DNA of 38,012 bases from Mariniphaga sp. (GTDB lineage: Bacteria; Bacteroidota; Bacteroidia; Bacteroidales; Prolixibacteraceae), in assembly GCA_013203525.1 (NCBI GenBank), contig JABMQB010000363.1, forward strand, positions 1-38,012, given 5' to 3'. The position numbers were made by a program, and so were the translations under genes. Every line of letters starts with the position of its first letter. The first letter of the stretch is position 1. Below are positions 10,488 through 22,196 of the stretch, piece by piece. Below the pieces are notes generated by a model. The model did not search any database and was not told where the DNA came from. It saw only the letters and a list, made by a program, of their open reading frames with translations.

Positions 10488-11999
10488 TTAATTAATTGGT
10501 ACCTCAATTTGTGTAAACGAGTGGGCAGGGAAGGTGTGTTTAATTGAACTCCCATTAAAGCTTACTTGTTCCGATTGAATTTTTATAGGTTGTTCCATTC
10601 TTGTATTTCTTGCATCAATATTTTCGGCGTTAATCAGATTAATTGTTGCTTTACCGGTATAATCGCCGGTTTGAAGGTCGATGTTTGTTTCAATTCCCTC
10701 CGTTTCGTGCCTGTTTACAACATTTATGATTACTTTTTTTGCCGATTCGTTTAACACAGCTGTTACATCAAGATATGGGATATTATTAAAGATCTCGTTG
10801 TCATATTCTTCGCAAATGGTTTTTACATCTAATGCCGTTCCAAGGGCATTGTTTGAAAAGAGTGAAAATGTATGGAAAATAGAATTCTTGAAATCGCCTT
10901 CCGGAGAATTTCCCACCAGGCTGGTGATCATTGTAATGTTGGCCATTTTTACTACATCGGCATGCCGCAAAAACGAATTCAGGTGTTGAGCCAGTAATAA
11001 AGAACTGGAAAGGCCTCCAAATCCTCCTGAATATTCATCGAAGGAAATATAAATGGGTCGATCGGAGCCCGATTTTACCATTGCTTTTTTAATAAGAGCC
11101 TGTGTAGTTTCGATTTTCTGATCGATATCAAGTCCTAATGACATACGGTCGGAAAAAACGTTATTCCTGCGTCCTCCGGGTAATGCCTCGGTAGCATAAC
11201 GATGTACTGAGATGTAGTCGATTTGACCCACCATTTGGTCTAATACATAATCGTTCCAATCCACCCACGCATTGTCGGGTCTGTATAGTGAGGCACCGGA
11301 AGCAACAAGCTTAATATCTTTATCTAATAAGCCAATAAGTTTTCCGGCCTCCAAAGCAAATTTGCAATAATCTTCAGCACTTTTTTGCCCCAGTTGCCAG
11401 GGGCCATCTATTTCGTTGCCCAAACCAACATATTTCAAATTGAATGGTTTTTCATTACCATATTTTATCCTTAGGTCAGCATAGTAGGTGCCTTTTTCAC
11501 CGTTGCAATATTCCACCCAGTTTCTGGCATCATCGAGTGTTCCTGTTCCGCCATTTATACATAAAAAATTATCGGCACCAATGAGGCTACAGAATTTGAC
11601 ATATTCATCGGTTCCCATCTGGTTGGTTTCAATTTGGTTCCATGCCAGATCCCTTTTTGCAGGGCGCTGATCTTTTGGACCAATACCATCTTCCCAATTA
11701 TATCCCGATACAAAATTACCACCCGGCCACCTGACACTCGGAATATTCAATTCCTTAAGCAGATCAATAAAATCCTGGCGGAATCCGTTTTCATCGGCAA
11801 ACGGGGATTCAGGATCATAAATACTCCCATAAACCACAGTCCGGATAGGTTCTACAAAAGCACCATAAATGTTTGGATCAACTGTATCAATTTTTCGATC
11901 GAGGTCGATTTTGATTATTGCAGGCACCTGGGCCGATAATTTACCTGTAAACATGCAAACGATAATCAAGCAGTAAACGAAGTTTTTTAAGCTTTTCAT
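10488..11999 (-). CDS. GH51 alpha-L-arabinofuranosidase (AbfA-like, about 500 aa form)
   Basis: 503 aa with a signal peptide. GH51 hallmarks are IYGAFVEP, VRWPGGNFVSGYNWEDGIGP and YVGLGNEIDGPWQLG, the last with the acid/base Glu in GNE. Confidence 0.9.
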   Translation of the reverse strand: MKSLKNFVYCLIIVCMFTGKLSAQVPAIIKIDLDRKIDTVDPNIYGAFVEPIRTVVYGSIYDPESPFADENGFRQDFIDLLKELNIPSVRWPGGNFVSGYNWEDGIGPKDQRPAKRDLAWNQIETNQMGTDEYVKFCSLIGADNFLCINGGTGTLDDARNWVEYCNGEKGTYYADLRIKYGNEKPFNLKYVGLGNEIDGPWQLGQKSAEDYCKFALEAGKLIGLLDKDIKLVASGASLYRPDNAWVDWNDYVLDQMVGQIDYISVHRYATEALPGGRRNNVFSDRMSLGLDIDQKIETTQALIKKAMVKSGSDRPIYISFDEYSGGFGGLSSSLLLAQHLNSFLRHADVVKMANITMITSLVGNSPEGDFKNSIFHTFSLFSNNALGTALDVKTICEEYDNEIFNNIPYLDVTAVLNESAKKVIINVVNRHETEGIETNIDLQTGDYTGKATINLINAENIDARNTRMEQPIKIQSEQVSFNGSSIKHTFPAHSFTQIEVPIN

Positions 12000-12110
12000 A
12001 AGTTTATGTTTTTAATGGTTTATTACATTTAATGCAGAGAATTGTATTTTGTGTAAAATGTGGAAATTCAAAGGAATTTGTTTTTATTATGGTGAATTTA
12101 TATTGGCAAG

Positions 12111-13271
<1,161 letters not shown>

Positions 13272-13301
13272 TTATCTTATTTATAATTTTTCTTTTACAA
13301 T

Positions 13302-14064
13302 TTATTTTATCCTAATATTTTCGTAACCCAACAGTGAAAGCATTTTAGCACCGTAACGTTTCCCTAATTTCCGATATCCTTCTGTAGTAAAATGTAAACC
13401 ATCACGTTTTCCCGGAAAACCCTCTGATGAAATTATATGTGCATTTGGAATCACATCGGGCAATTGAGCAATAAATTGATTGAACCCGGCACATTTACCT
13501 TCAAATTCAGCGCTTAACAGTTCGCCGGCAAGCAAAGGCACATTCTCAGGATTAAGGTTTAAATCATACATGAGGTTGTCATAAATGTCTTTTACTTTTT
13601 TTGTCCATAATGTATCGTTGGGGTTCGATTCTCCCTGGTGCTGAATCAACATACGATTGGTAATTTTCTTTATTAAATAATTCAATTTTACATCCTCCAA
13701 CGGCAACATTAATTATACCTACTTTGATGTTTTCAGGTAAGTTTTCAACCAGAGTACGTCCAAAATAATCGGCTGGTGAAATTCCTGAACGGCAATCACA
13801 CAATGGTGGAACCGCTTTGTACCACTTCCCCATTTCCCTGTTTATATCAGGGCAATCCATGCCCATTATAACCTGAAAGCGTGAATTTACAACAGAATCC
13901 TGAGCTTCAGCCCTTGCTGCACCTCCCATATTCGACTGACCAAAACACAGGTAAATATGGAAATTCGGATCCTGCGCAAATGCACTATTATTGATAAGTA
14001 AATATCCAATTATTAAAATCAGAACAATCTTCAAATTTTTTGTAAACATTTTTAAACTTTTCAT
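13302..14064 (-). pseudogene. Frameshifted SGNH-type sialate-O-acetylesterase/CE6-like acetyl esterase
   Basis: Two overlapping ORFs in different frames together make one protein. ORF 13579-14064 carries the signal peptide, block I CFGQSNMGG and block II VAVGG. ORF 13302-13709 carries block III HQGESN and block V DGLHF. The frames differ by 1 nt, and the switch must lie between the GG codons (about 13695) and HQGESN (about 13640). Confidence 0.72.
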
Positions 14065-14076
14065 TTTTAAAATGTA

Positions 14077-16059
14077 TTATTTGGATTTGATCCTTATTAC
14101 TGTCAATGACATAACTGGTGTGTTGTATTCAAATTTTCTGCTTGCCTTAAAATCCCGCTTCTCAGGAATAATATTATTCGGATTTTTGAAAGTATTTTCT
14201 GCATCAGCGTCACCTGTAAGTACTGTTAATTTAGCCTCCGGAACAATGTTTTTAAAATTTGAAAGGTTGACTTTCATAATTTTAGGTTTATCACTGAAAT
14301 TCACCATTTTCAGAATAATATCATTAGTTTTGCTGTCCATAACACAGGAGGCTGCAAGCGTTGTATCTTTTTCATTTTTTGATATTACATTGTCGAAATA
14401 GTAATCACCCTGATTAGCTGAAAACATAAGCTGGACATAATAATTGGGAGTCAGGCAGATGCTTACGTTGTCAAAAAAGATTAAATCGGTTGTCCATTGT
14501 GTGAATCCCTTTTTTGCCAACAAAGGAGCGTAGGATGCCATTTGGACAATATCGCCGTTGCGTTCAAGTCCTGTCATATAGTAAGCTTCGGCAATTGCAT
14601 TGCGCAGTTTATTTCCCCAGGAAGCATATTCTCCGAGATAAACCTTTGATTTAGTTCTGTCATACGAATCATAACGATGCTGATTCGCTATAAACCAATC
14701 GGGGTCGGTATAGTAATGTTCATCAATTACCGGTATATTCAGATCATTTGCCAATTCCCAGCCTTTTTCGAAGTCCTCTCCACTGTGAAACGGTCCAACA
14801 GTTCCAATCATGGTTATTTCAGGATGTTCAGTTTTTACTGTCTCGTAAATTATTTTGAACCGTTCCTGAAATTCAGGCGTCATTTTATCTTCGTTGCCGA
14901 TCCCCACGTATTCAAGCTTAAACGATTCGGGATGACCTGCAGCAGCACGTTTTGCTCCCCAGGTTGATGTTGCCGGTCCGTTTGCCCATTCAATTAAATC
15001 GAGTACTTCCTGAATGTATTCCTGCATTTCTTCCATGGGCAATGCTTTTTGCCCGGTTCCTCCAACACGCCAGGTTCCCCCCGAGTTTTGGCAGCTTACT
15101 GCAGCTGGTAATACAGGTACAGGTATAGCTCCGATATCCTCGCAAAACTGGAAATATTCGAAATAACCCAACCCGCCTGTTTGATGATAGTTCCAGATAT
15201 TGCGCTGACCTTTGCGTTGTTCGATCGGGCCAATGGTATTTTTCCAGCGATACATATTTCCCAAACCGTCGCCATGAACAAGGCAGCCCCCGGGGAAACG
15301 AATAAAATTTGGTTTCATATCAGCCAATACCTGTGCCAGGTCTGCACGTAACCCATTCGGACGGTTTTTAAAGGTTTTCTCAGGAAAAAGGGAAACAACA
15401 TCTAGGGCAAATTTTCCTTTGGTTGTTGCCAAAACCACCAGACTTGCAGAGTCGCAGCTTTCTGATGGTATCAGGCTTGCTTTGTATTTTTTCCAGTCAT
15501 TTGACGTAGACGAAATATTTGATTCAGCAAGAATATCGCCATTCGGATTTTGTAAACTTATATGGAATGAAATGGATTCATTGTTTAGGTGACGCACGAA
15601 CATTGAGAAGTTGTAATTATCGTTCGCCTTTACAACCATTCCGTCGAATCCGGGATTTTTAAATCCAACACCTGCAATCCCTGTGAAACGGACGTTTCCA
15701 ACATTCTCCACTTCAAAAACCATGTAATGTGGATTGTTTAGATGTATAGGGTCATTGGTTTCAACACTCAATCTTCCATAAGAAAAGCCAGGAGAAATGT
15801 ATTCCCAGTAAGAATAAGAATTCCATCCTCCATGATCCTGAGGGCTGTATTCAAATGACCGGTTTTGTACCATTTCGGCATACAGCCCTCCATCGGCAGC
15901 ATAGTTGATATCTTCGAAAAACAATCCAAATAAATCAGAGCTGATTTTCTTGCCATCCCTGGCTGTTTGCGCAACCGAAGTAGTTGCTAAAAAACAAAAC
16001 CCACAAAGTACAATTACCCGGGAAAATCTAATTTTATGGTTGCTTGATTTTTTATTCAT
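14077..16059 (-). CDS. GH51 alpha-L-arabinofuranosidase (long form with an N-terminal CBM4_9-like sandwich)
   Basis: 660 aa with a signal peptide. Diagnostic blocks are LFGLFFEDINYAADGGLYAEMVQNRSFE, FIRFPGGCLVHG and YVGIGNED. Confidence 0.85.
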   Translation of the reverse strand: MNKKSSNHKIRFSRVIVLCGFCFLATTSVAQTARDGKKISSDLFGLFFEDINYAADGGLYAEMVQNRSFEYSPQDHGGWNSYSYWEYISPGFSYGRLSVETNDPIHLNNPHYMVFEVENVGNVRFTGIAGVGFKNPGFDGMVVKANDNYNFSMFVRHLNNESISFHISLQNPNGDILAESNISSTSNDWKKYKASLIPSESCDSASLVVLATTKGKFALDVVSLFPEKTFKNRPNGLRADLAQVLADMKPNFIRFPGGCLVHGDGLGNMYRWKNTIGPIEQRKGQRNIWNYHQTGGLGYFEYFQFCEDIGAIPVPVLPAAVSCQNSGGTWRVGGTGQKALPMEEMQEYIQEVLDLIEWANGPATSTWGAKRAAAGHPESFKLEYVGIGNEDKMTPEFQERFKIIYETVKTEHPEITMIGTVGPFHSGEDFEKGWELANDLNIPVIDEHYYTDPDWFIANQHRYDSYDRTKSKVYLGEYASWGNKLRNAIAEAYYMTGLERNGDIVQMASYAPLLAKKGFTQWTTDLIFFDNVSICLTPNYYVQLMFSANQGDYYFDNVISKNEKDTTLAASCVMDSKTNDIILKMVNFSDKPKIMKVNLSNFKNIVPEAKLTVLTGDADAENTFKNPNNIIPEKRDFKASRKFEYNTPVMSLTVIRIKSK

Positions 16060-16075
16060 GGTGTTTATTCAAAAT

Positions 16076-18457
16076 TCATTTTTCATTTCTGACCAGGCGG
16101 ATGTAATAAACAGCCCCGGCTGTATTTCTGGGAAGTGCCTGAAATTTTACCCGGATGTGTTCCTTGGCTTCAAGTATGGAATCTGGTATATTATATTTAA
16201 TCTCCTGAAACCTGCTTTGGTTCCACCTGCCTGTATTGTCTTCAGTTATTAACTTTTTATCGTCAATATAGATATCAAACTTTCGACTACCCCATTCTGC
16301 ACCCCAATAGCGAATCAATAAACTAAGGTTGATTTCCGTATTTGTAGCCAAATCGTAACTAAAATATCCATCGCCGCGTGATTCTCTAAAAAATTCATCC
16401 ATATTGTTACCTGTATTTGAACGTTCTGATTGCATGGCATGGTCTGTTTCGGGCTGTTGCTCTCCTGTGGCTACATAGTCGATGGTGCGTTTTTCGAGTG
16501 AAAGCTTCTCTTTTTCGATATTTGCCAGTGAATCGGTATAGTCCTGGTAACCTTCGTTTGTCAATGTCAGCCAGTAAATCATGTACCTTCCATCGTGGAT
16601 TTGACTAAATGGCTCTAATGTAAGCTCCTTTTGATTGATCATTGTAGCATTGAGCTTAAAATTTAGTGGCTTATCAATGGGTTCTAATTTGTCACCGATG
16701 TTTTCAAGGTTATCTTCAATCAGGATAGGAGCTTTATCAATAGGTAAATATTCGCCTCCTGCATACTGCCCCCAGCGGTCGTCATCTGCAATCATGCCTT
16801 TTAGATCTTCAGTTCCAGTTTTTGCACCAAGCAAAATGGGGCCATACATAAAAGCAATATACTCAGGAACATTTGGCATGTGTTTTATCGAATTATGCAT
16901 TGGCAACATAATTTTAACCACATCGCCTTTTTTCCATTTCCTGTCAATGCTTATATAAGATGAAGGAAGAACAGTATAAGAAATATCCTTTCCATTAACC
17001 GTGATTTTTAAAGCATTTTTACTCACCCAACCCGGATATCGTACTAACAAATTAAAATCGGAAGAACCTTTTGTTACTGTCAGTTTTGTTTGTTTTTCAT
17101 TCGGAAAATTGGTTTCCTGTTTGATTTTTATACCTTTTTCCTTCCAGTTGAGTTCGGAGGCAATAAAAAGGTTCAGGAACAAAGAATCATTTGAATGGGT
17201 ATAGATTAACTGGTTGTATTTGCCATGGTTTTCCATACCGGTGCCGACACAACACCACATGGCTTCGTTTGGAGCTGAGTAAACCCTGTAATGGCGGGGA
17301 CGCGCAGGAGTAAAATAAACATATCCTCCATGTTCAGGATGCTGGGTAGAAAGAATATGATTAAACAATGTACGTTCGTAATAATCGATATATTCAGCCG
17401 AAGGGTGTACCCTGAATAAATTTTCAGTTAATTTAAGCATGTTATATGAATTACAGGATTCAGGCCCATCATTAACATTTACAAAATCGATATATGATTC
17501 TATACTTGGAAAGTGCTCTCTTCTGCTATTTCCACCAAAGGCCAGTGAACGGTTTTTGGTAACTGTTTCCCAGAAAAATTTTGCCGAATTATCATATTTT
17601 TCATCATTGTTGAGTTCTGCAATTCTTTCGAAACCAACAAATTTTGGCACCTGAGTATTTGCATGTTTGTTGTCGAGGTTGTCTATTCCCTCCGACAACG
17701 GATCGAGAAGTGCCTTGTGTGAATAACGTTTTGCGGCTGACATGTATTTTTCATCACTGGTTATCTGATAAGCATCAGCAAATACTTCGTTCATTCCACC
17801 ATGTTCCATATTAAGCATCGATTCCATTTGTTCATCGGTAAGGTCTGAAGTTAGGTCTATGCCCCAATCGCAGAATTTCAGAAACATGGATTTTGCCTCT
17901 TCACTGCCTCCATATAACCAGGCATCTCTAAGTCCGGCTAACATTTTATGCAGGTTATAAAAAGGTGCCCACGAAGAATTATAAATCTGAAAATCGCCTT
18001 TTTTGAATGTTGACCATAAGTTCTTACTATTTGGGAACCCACCAACATAACCGATTCCCCATTCGGCATTATTTATTGCATTTGCTTCCTGGCAAGCTTC
18101 AAGTTCATTCAGCATATAATCCATGCGTCTTTTACATTCGTTGTTACCAGTAGCGGTATAATTCATAGCCATTGCTGAGAGGTAATGGCCACCGACGTGA
18201 CCGTCGAGACCAGCCCAATTGGGATAACATTCAGCTTTTTTAGGGAGGCCGGCTTCTTTGCGGTAAGGAGCCAGCAACCGATCAACATCGTATTCTAACA
18301 GAACCTCAATGTTAAGGTCACGGGCATGTTTAAAAGATCCATCCAATAGTTCAACGTTCCTTAAAGGGAAAGTATTAGTATATAGTTTATCCTGGGTTTT
18401 CGCTTTAAAAGAAAAAATTAAACTCAATATGAAAACACTGACCAATATTTTTTTCAT
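16076..18457 (-). CDS. GH127/GH146-type beta-L-arabinofuranosidase (DUF1680 fold) with extra C-terminal domains
   Basis: I prefer the ATG at 18457, giving the signal peptide MKKILVSVFILSLIFSFKAKTQ. The track start at 18481 adds 8 aa. The LLDGSFKHARDLNIEVLLEYDVDRLL opening and the WCCVGTGMENHGKY block resemble HypBA1-like enzymes, where an adjacent Cys pair forms the nucleophile/Zn site. Confidence 0.8.
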   Translation of the reverse strand: MKKILVSVFILSLIFSFKAKTQDKLYTNTFPLRNVELLDGSFKHARDLNIEVLLEYDVDRLLAPYRKEAGLPKKAECYPNWAGLDGHVGGHYLSAMAMNYTATGNNECKRRMDYMLNELEACQEANAINNAEWGIGYVGGFPNSKNLWSTFKKGDFQIYNSSWAPFYNLHKMLAGLRDAWLYGGSEEAKSMFLKFCDWGIDLTSDLTDEQMESMLNMEHGGMNEVFADAYQITSDEKYMSAAKRYSHKALLDPLSEGIDNLDNKHANTQVPKFVGFERIAELNNDEKYDNSAKFFWETVTKNRSLAFGGNSRREHFPSIESYIDFVNVNDGPESCNSYNMLKLTENLFRVHPSAEYIDYYERTLFNHILSTQHPEHGGYVYFTPARPRHYRVYSAPNEAMWCCVGTGMENHGKYNQLIYTHSNDSLFLNLFIASELNWKEKGIKIKQETNFPNEKQTKLTVTKGSSDFNLLVRYPGWVSKNALKITVNGKDISYTVLPSSYISIDRKWKKGDVVKIMLPMHNSIKHMPNVPEYIAFMYGPILLGAKTGTEDLKGMIADDDRWGQYAGGEYLPIDKAPILIEDNLENIGDKLEPIDKPLNFKLNATMINQKELTLEPFSQIHDGRYMIYWLTLTNEGYQDYTDSLANIEKEKLSLEKRTIDYVATGEQQPETDHAMQSERSNTGNNMDEFFRESRGDGYFSYDLATNTEINLSLLIRYWGAEWGSRKFDIYIDDKKLITEDNTGRWNQSRFQEIKYNIPDSILEAKEHIRVKFQALPRNTAGAVYYIRLVRNEK

Positions 18458-18525
18458 TTCACCTTCAATTATAGTTGTCATTATTACCCAGGGAACTTAA
18501 TTTTAAATACAATAGCTTTTATTAA

Positions 18526-20283
18526 TTAGTCAGGAATGGCATCGTTGGCAGAGGTTGCATACAATCCGAGCAAACATCCCGTAAATCCACCAGCCACATC
18601 GGTTGAAAGGATATCGCCGGAAACGGTTCCACCTACATTTACAAAATTCGTTAAATTGGTTGAATAGGAAAATTCATACTTATCTCCTTCAGCAGATACC
18701 TGCAAACGGATAGGTTTACTGATATCAATTTTTGTACTACCAATAATTTCGGAATTTGTTTCCCGGCTTCTTCTCTGTCTCCAGTTTTTTTGTAGCACCA
18801 GGTAAAATTCATCTCCTTTTTTTGTAATTCCAAAAACGTAATTAAAACCTTCGCTTTGCAGCGCCACTATACCAGCAAGGTCTGTCTCAGACTGAGGGGT
18901 GTAATCCATTGTGGTAGAATATGAAAAATTATCGTGCATTTGCCTGAGAAAGAGGGTAGAAGTAGGCTTCATCTCTTTAACGGTAGTTTCAAAAGGTTTA
19001 ATTTGAATACCGTTTGGGATCTTTTTCATAAAAGCTTCGCGCGGGCCTCTTAATCCAATCCAACAATAATCCAACTTTTCCGAAGTAAAATCATCTTCAA
19101 AAGTAAAGTTGCCATTTGGAATGAATCCATCTTGTCCGGTTTTGTTTTCCACCCTTTTAGGCATTTTTAGTTTTGGTTCCATGGGTACAAGTCCGTTCTC
19201 AAAAACCGGAAATTCGCCAGACCAATCAACTGGTAATATAAATGTTTCACGCCCTGTATTTACCCTGTTTTCTTCATTCGGACGAATAGCCAGGAATACG
19301 CCGTAATATTTCCCATCCGGTCCTTCGACCAAATCGGCATGTCCTGCCCAATCCACTTTATTTTCACGGTCTCTTGGAAAATGTCTTTGGGTCAGAATCG
19401 GATTACTGGGAGCAGGAATATATGGACCATTTGGGCTATCGCTTTTAAAAATAACTTCGCTGTGCCAGCCACCGGTACCACCTTCAGCACACATTAAATA
19501 ATATTTGCCATTCTTTTTATAAATATGAGGTGCTTCAATCCAGATTGGTTTTTTTGCCAGGTCGACACCACCATTTATAATTACTTTGTCGGTTCCGGCA
19601 ATTACCTGGTCTTCTTCCATGTCGTATTCCCAGATTTTGATCACACGGTGCCCATTGTACAATGCTGTTCCTCTTTCAGGAGCATCGTTGTGAATCACAT
19701 AGGCTTTGCCGTTATCATCAAAGAAAATAGATGGATCAATTCCATCGAAATTAAGTTTTTTGGGTTCGTCCCAGCCTTTAAATGGATCTTTTGTTTTTAC
19801 GATAATATTTCCTAATCCGCCCGAAAATGCAGTTACAATCATATAGAAAGTATCGTTGTAAGGATTGTATGTAATACCAGGGGCATATACACCGCCACTA
19901 ATACCTGTATCATGAGTATCCAATTGCGATACCCTATCTAATACACCTCCAAGAGAAGTCCAATTCACTAAATCTTTTGAATGAAAAATGGGTACTCCCG
20001 GAAACATTGCAAATGATGAGCATACCAAAAAATAATCGTCTCCTTTTCTGGTAATGGCAGGGTCGGGGTAGCATCCCTGCAAAATAGGGTTGTAAAACTC
20101 ACCTTCTTCTAATGGATTATCTTTATAAATCCGGTCATTACCCTGATAAATAAATTTGGAAAATACAGGTGAATTTTTTTGTTGTCCGATTGCTTCATTA
20201 AATGAAAACAAGGCGATTAAAGAAATCACAAGTATAATTTGTCTTTTTTTAAATAATCTCAGTTTTAATTGTTTTTTTTTCAT
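18526..20283 (-). CDS. GH43 beta-xylosidase/alpha-L-arabinofuranosidase with a C-terminal sandwich domain
   Basis: 585 aa with a signal peptide. The catalytic part has NPILQGCYPDPAITRKGDDYFLVCSSFAMFPGVPIFHSKDLVNW. A C-terminal domain of about 200 aa follows the propeller. Confidence 0.85.
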   Translation of the reverse strand: MKKKQLKLRLFKKRQIILVISLIALFSFNEAIGQQKNSPVFSKFIYQGNDRIYKDNPLEEGEFYNPILQGCYPDPAITRKGDDYFLVCSSFAMFPGVPIFHSKDLVNWTSLGGVLDRVSQLDTHDTGISGGVYAPGITYNPYNDTFYMIVTAFSGGLGNIIVKTKDPFKGWDEPKKLNFDGIDPSIFFDDNGKAYVIHNDAPERGTALYNGHRVIKIWEYDMEEDQVIAGTDKVIINGGVDLAKKPIWIEAPHIYKKNGKYYLMCAEGGTGGWHSEVIFKSDSPNGPYIPAPSNPILTQRHFPRDRENKVDWAGHADLVEGPDGKYYGVFLAIRPNEENRVNTGRETFILPVDWSGEFPVFENGLVPMEPKLKMPKRVENKTGQDGFIPNGNFTFEDDFTSEKLDYCWIGLRGPREAFMKKIPNGIQIKPFETTVKEMKPTSTLFLRQMHDNFSYSTTMDYTPQSETDLAGIVALQSEGFNYVFGITKKGDEFYLVLQKNWRQRRSRETNSEIIGSTKIDISKPIRLQVSAEGDKYEFSYSTNLTNFVNVGGTVSGDILSTDVAGGFTGCLLGLYATSANDAIPD

Positions 20284-20296
20284 CGTTTATTTATTT

Positions 20297-22086
<1,790 letters not shown>

Positions 22087-22132
22087 TCCATTAAGAAAAT
22101 TTATTTTAAGAGTCTATTTAATCACTTGATCT

Positions 22133-22186
22133 CTTACACTCTAAACATAGAGAGGGACGATCCGTCTGCTGACGGATCAGTGTGAG
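22133..22186 (-). other. GC-rich nested stem-loop element in the GH51/esterase intergenic spacer
   Basis: A perfect 8-bp inverted repeat GATCCGTC(22159-22166)/GACGGATC(22171-22178) has a 4-nt loop. It is enclosed by a second inverted repeat CTTACACT(22133-22140)/AGTGTGAG(22179-22186), which pairs at 7 of 8 positions on the minus-strand RNA. There is no trailing U-tract on the transcribed strand. Confidence 0.35.
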
Positions 22187-22196
22187 GCATTCAAAT

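Noticed and set aside
13579-13709. Programmed ribosomal frameshift in the SASA/CE6-like esterase.
   Set aside because: No slippery heptamer or downstream structure is evident in the overlap, and this enzyme family is not known to use recoding. A mutation, a deletion or an assembly error is more likely.
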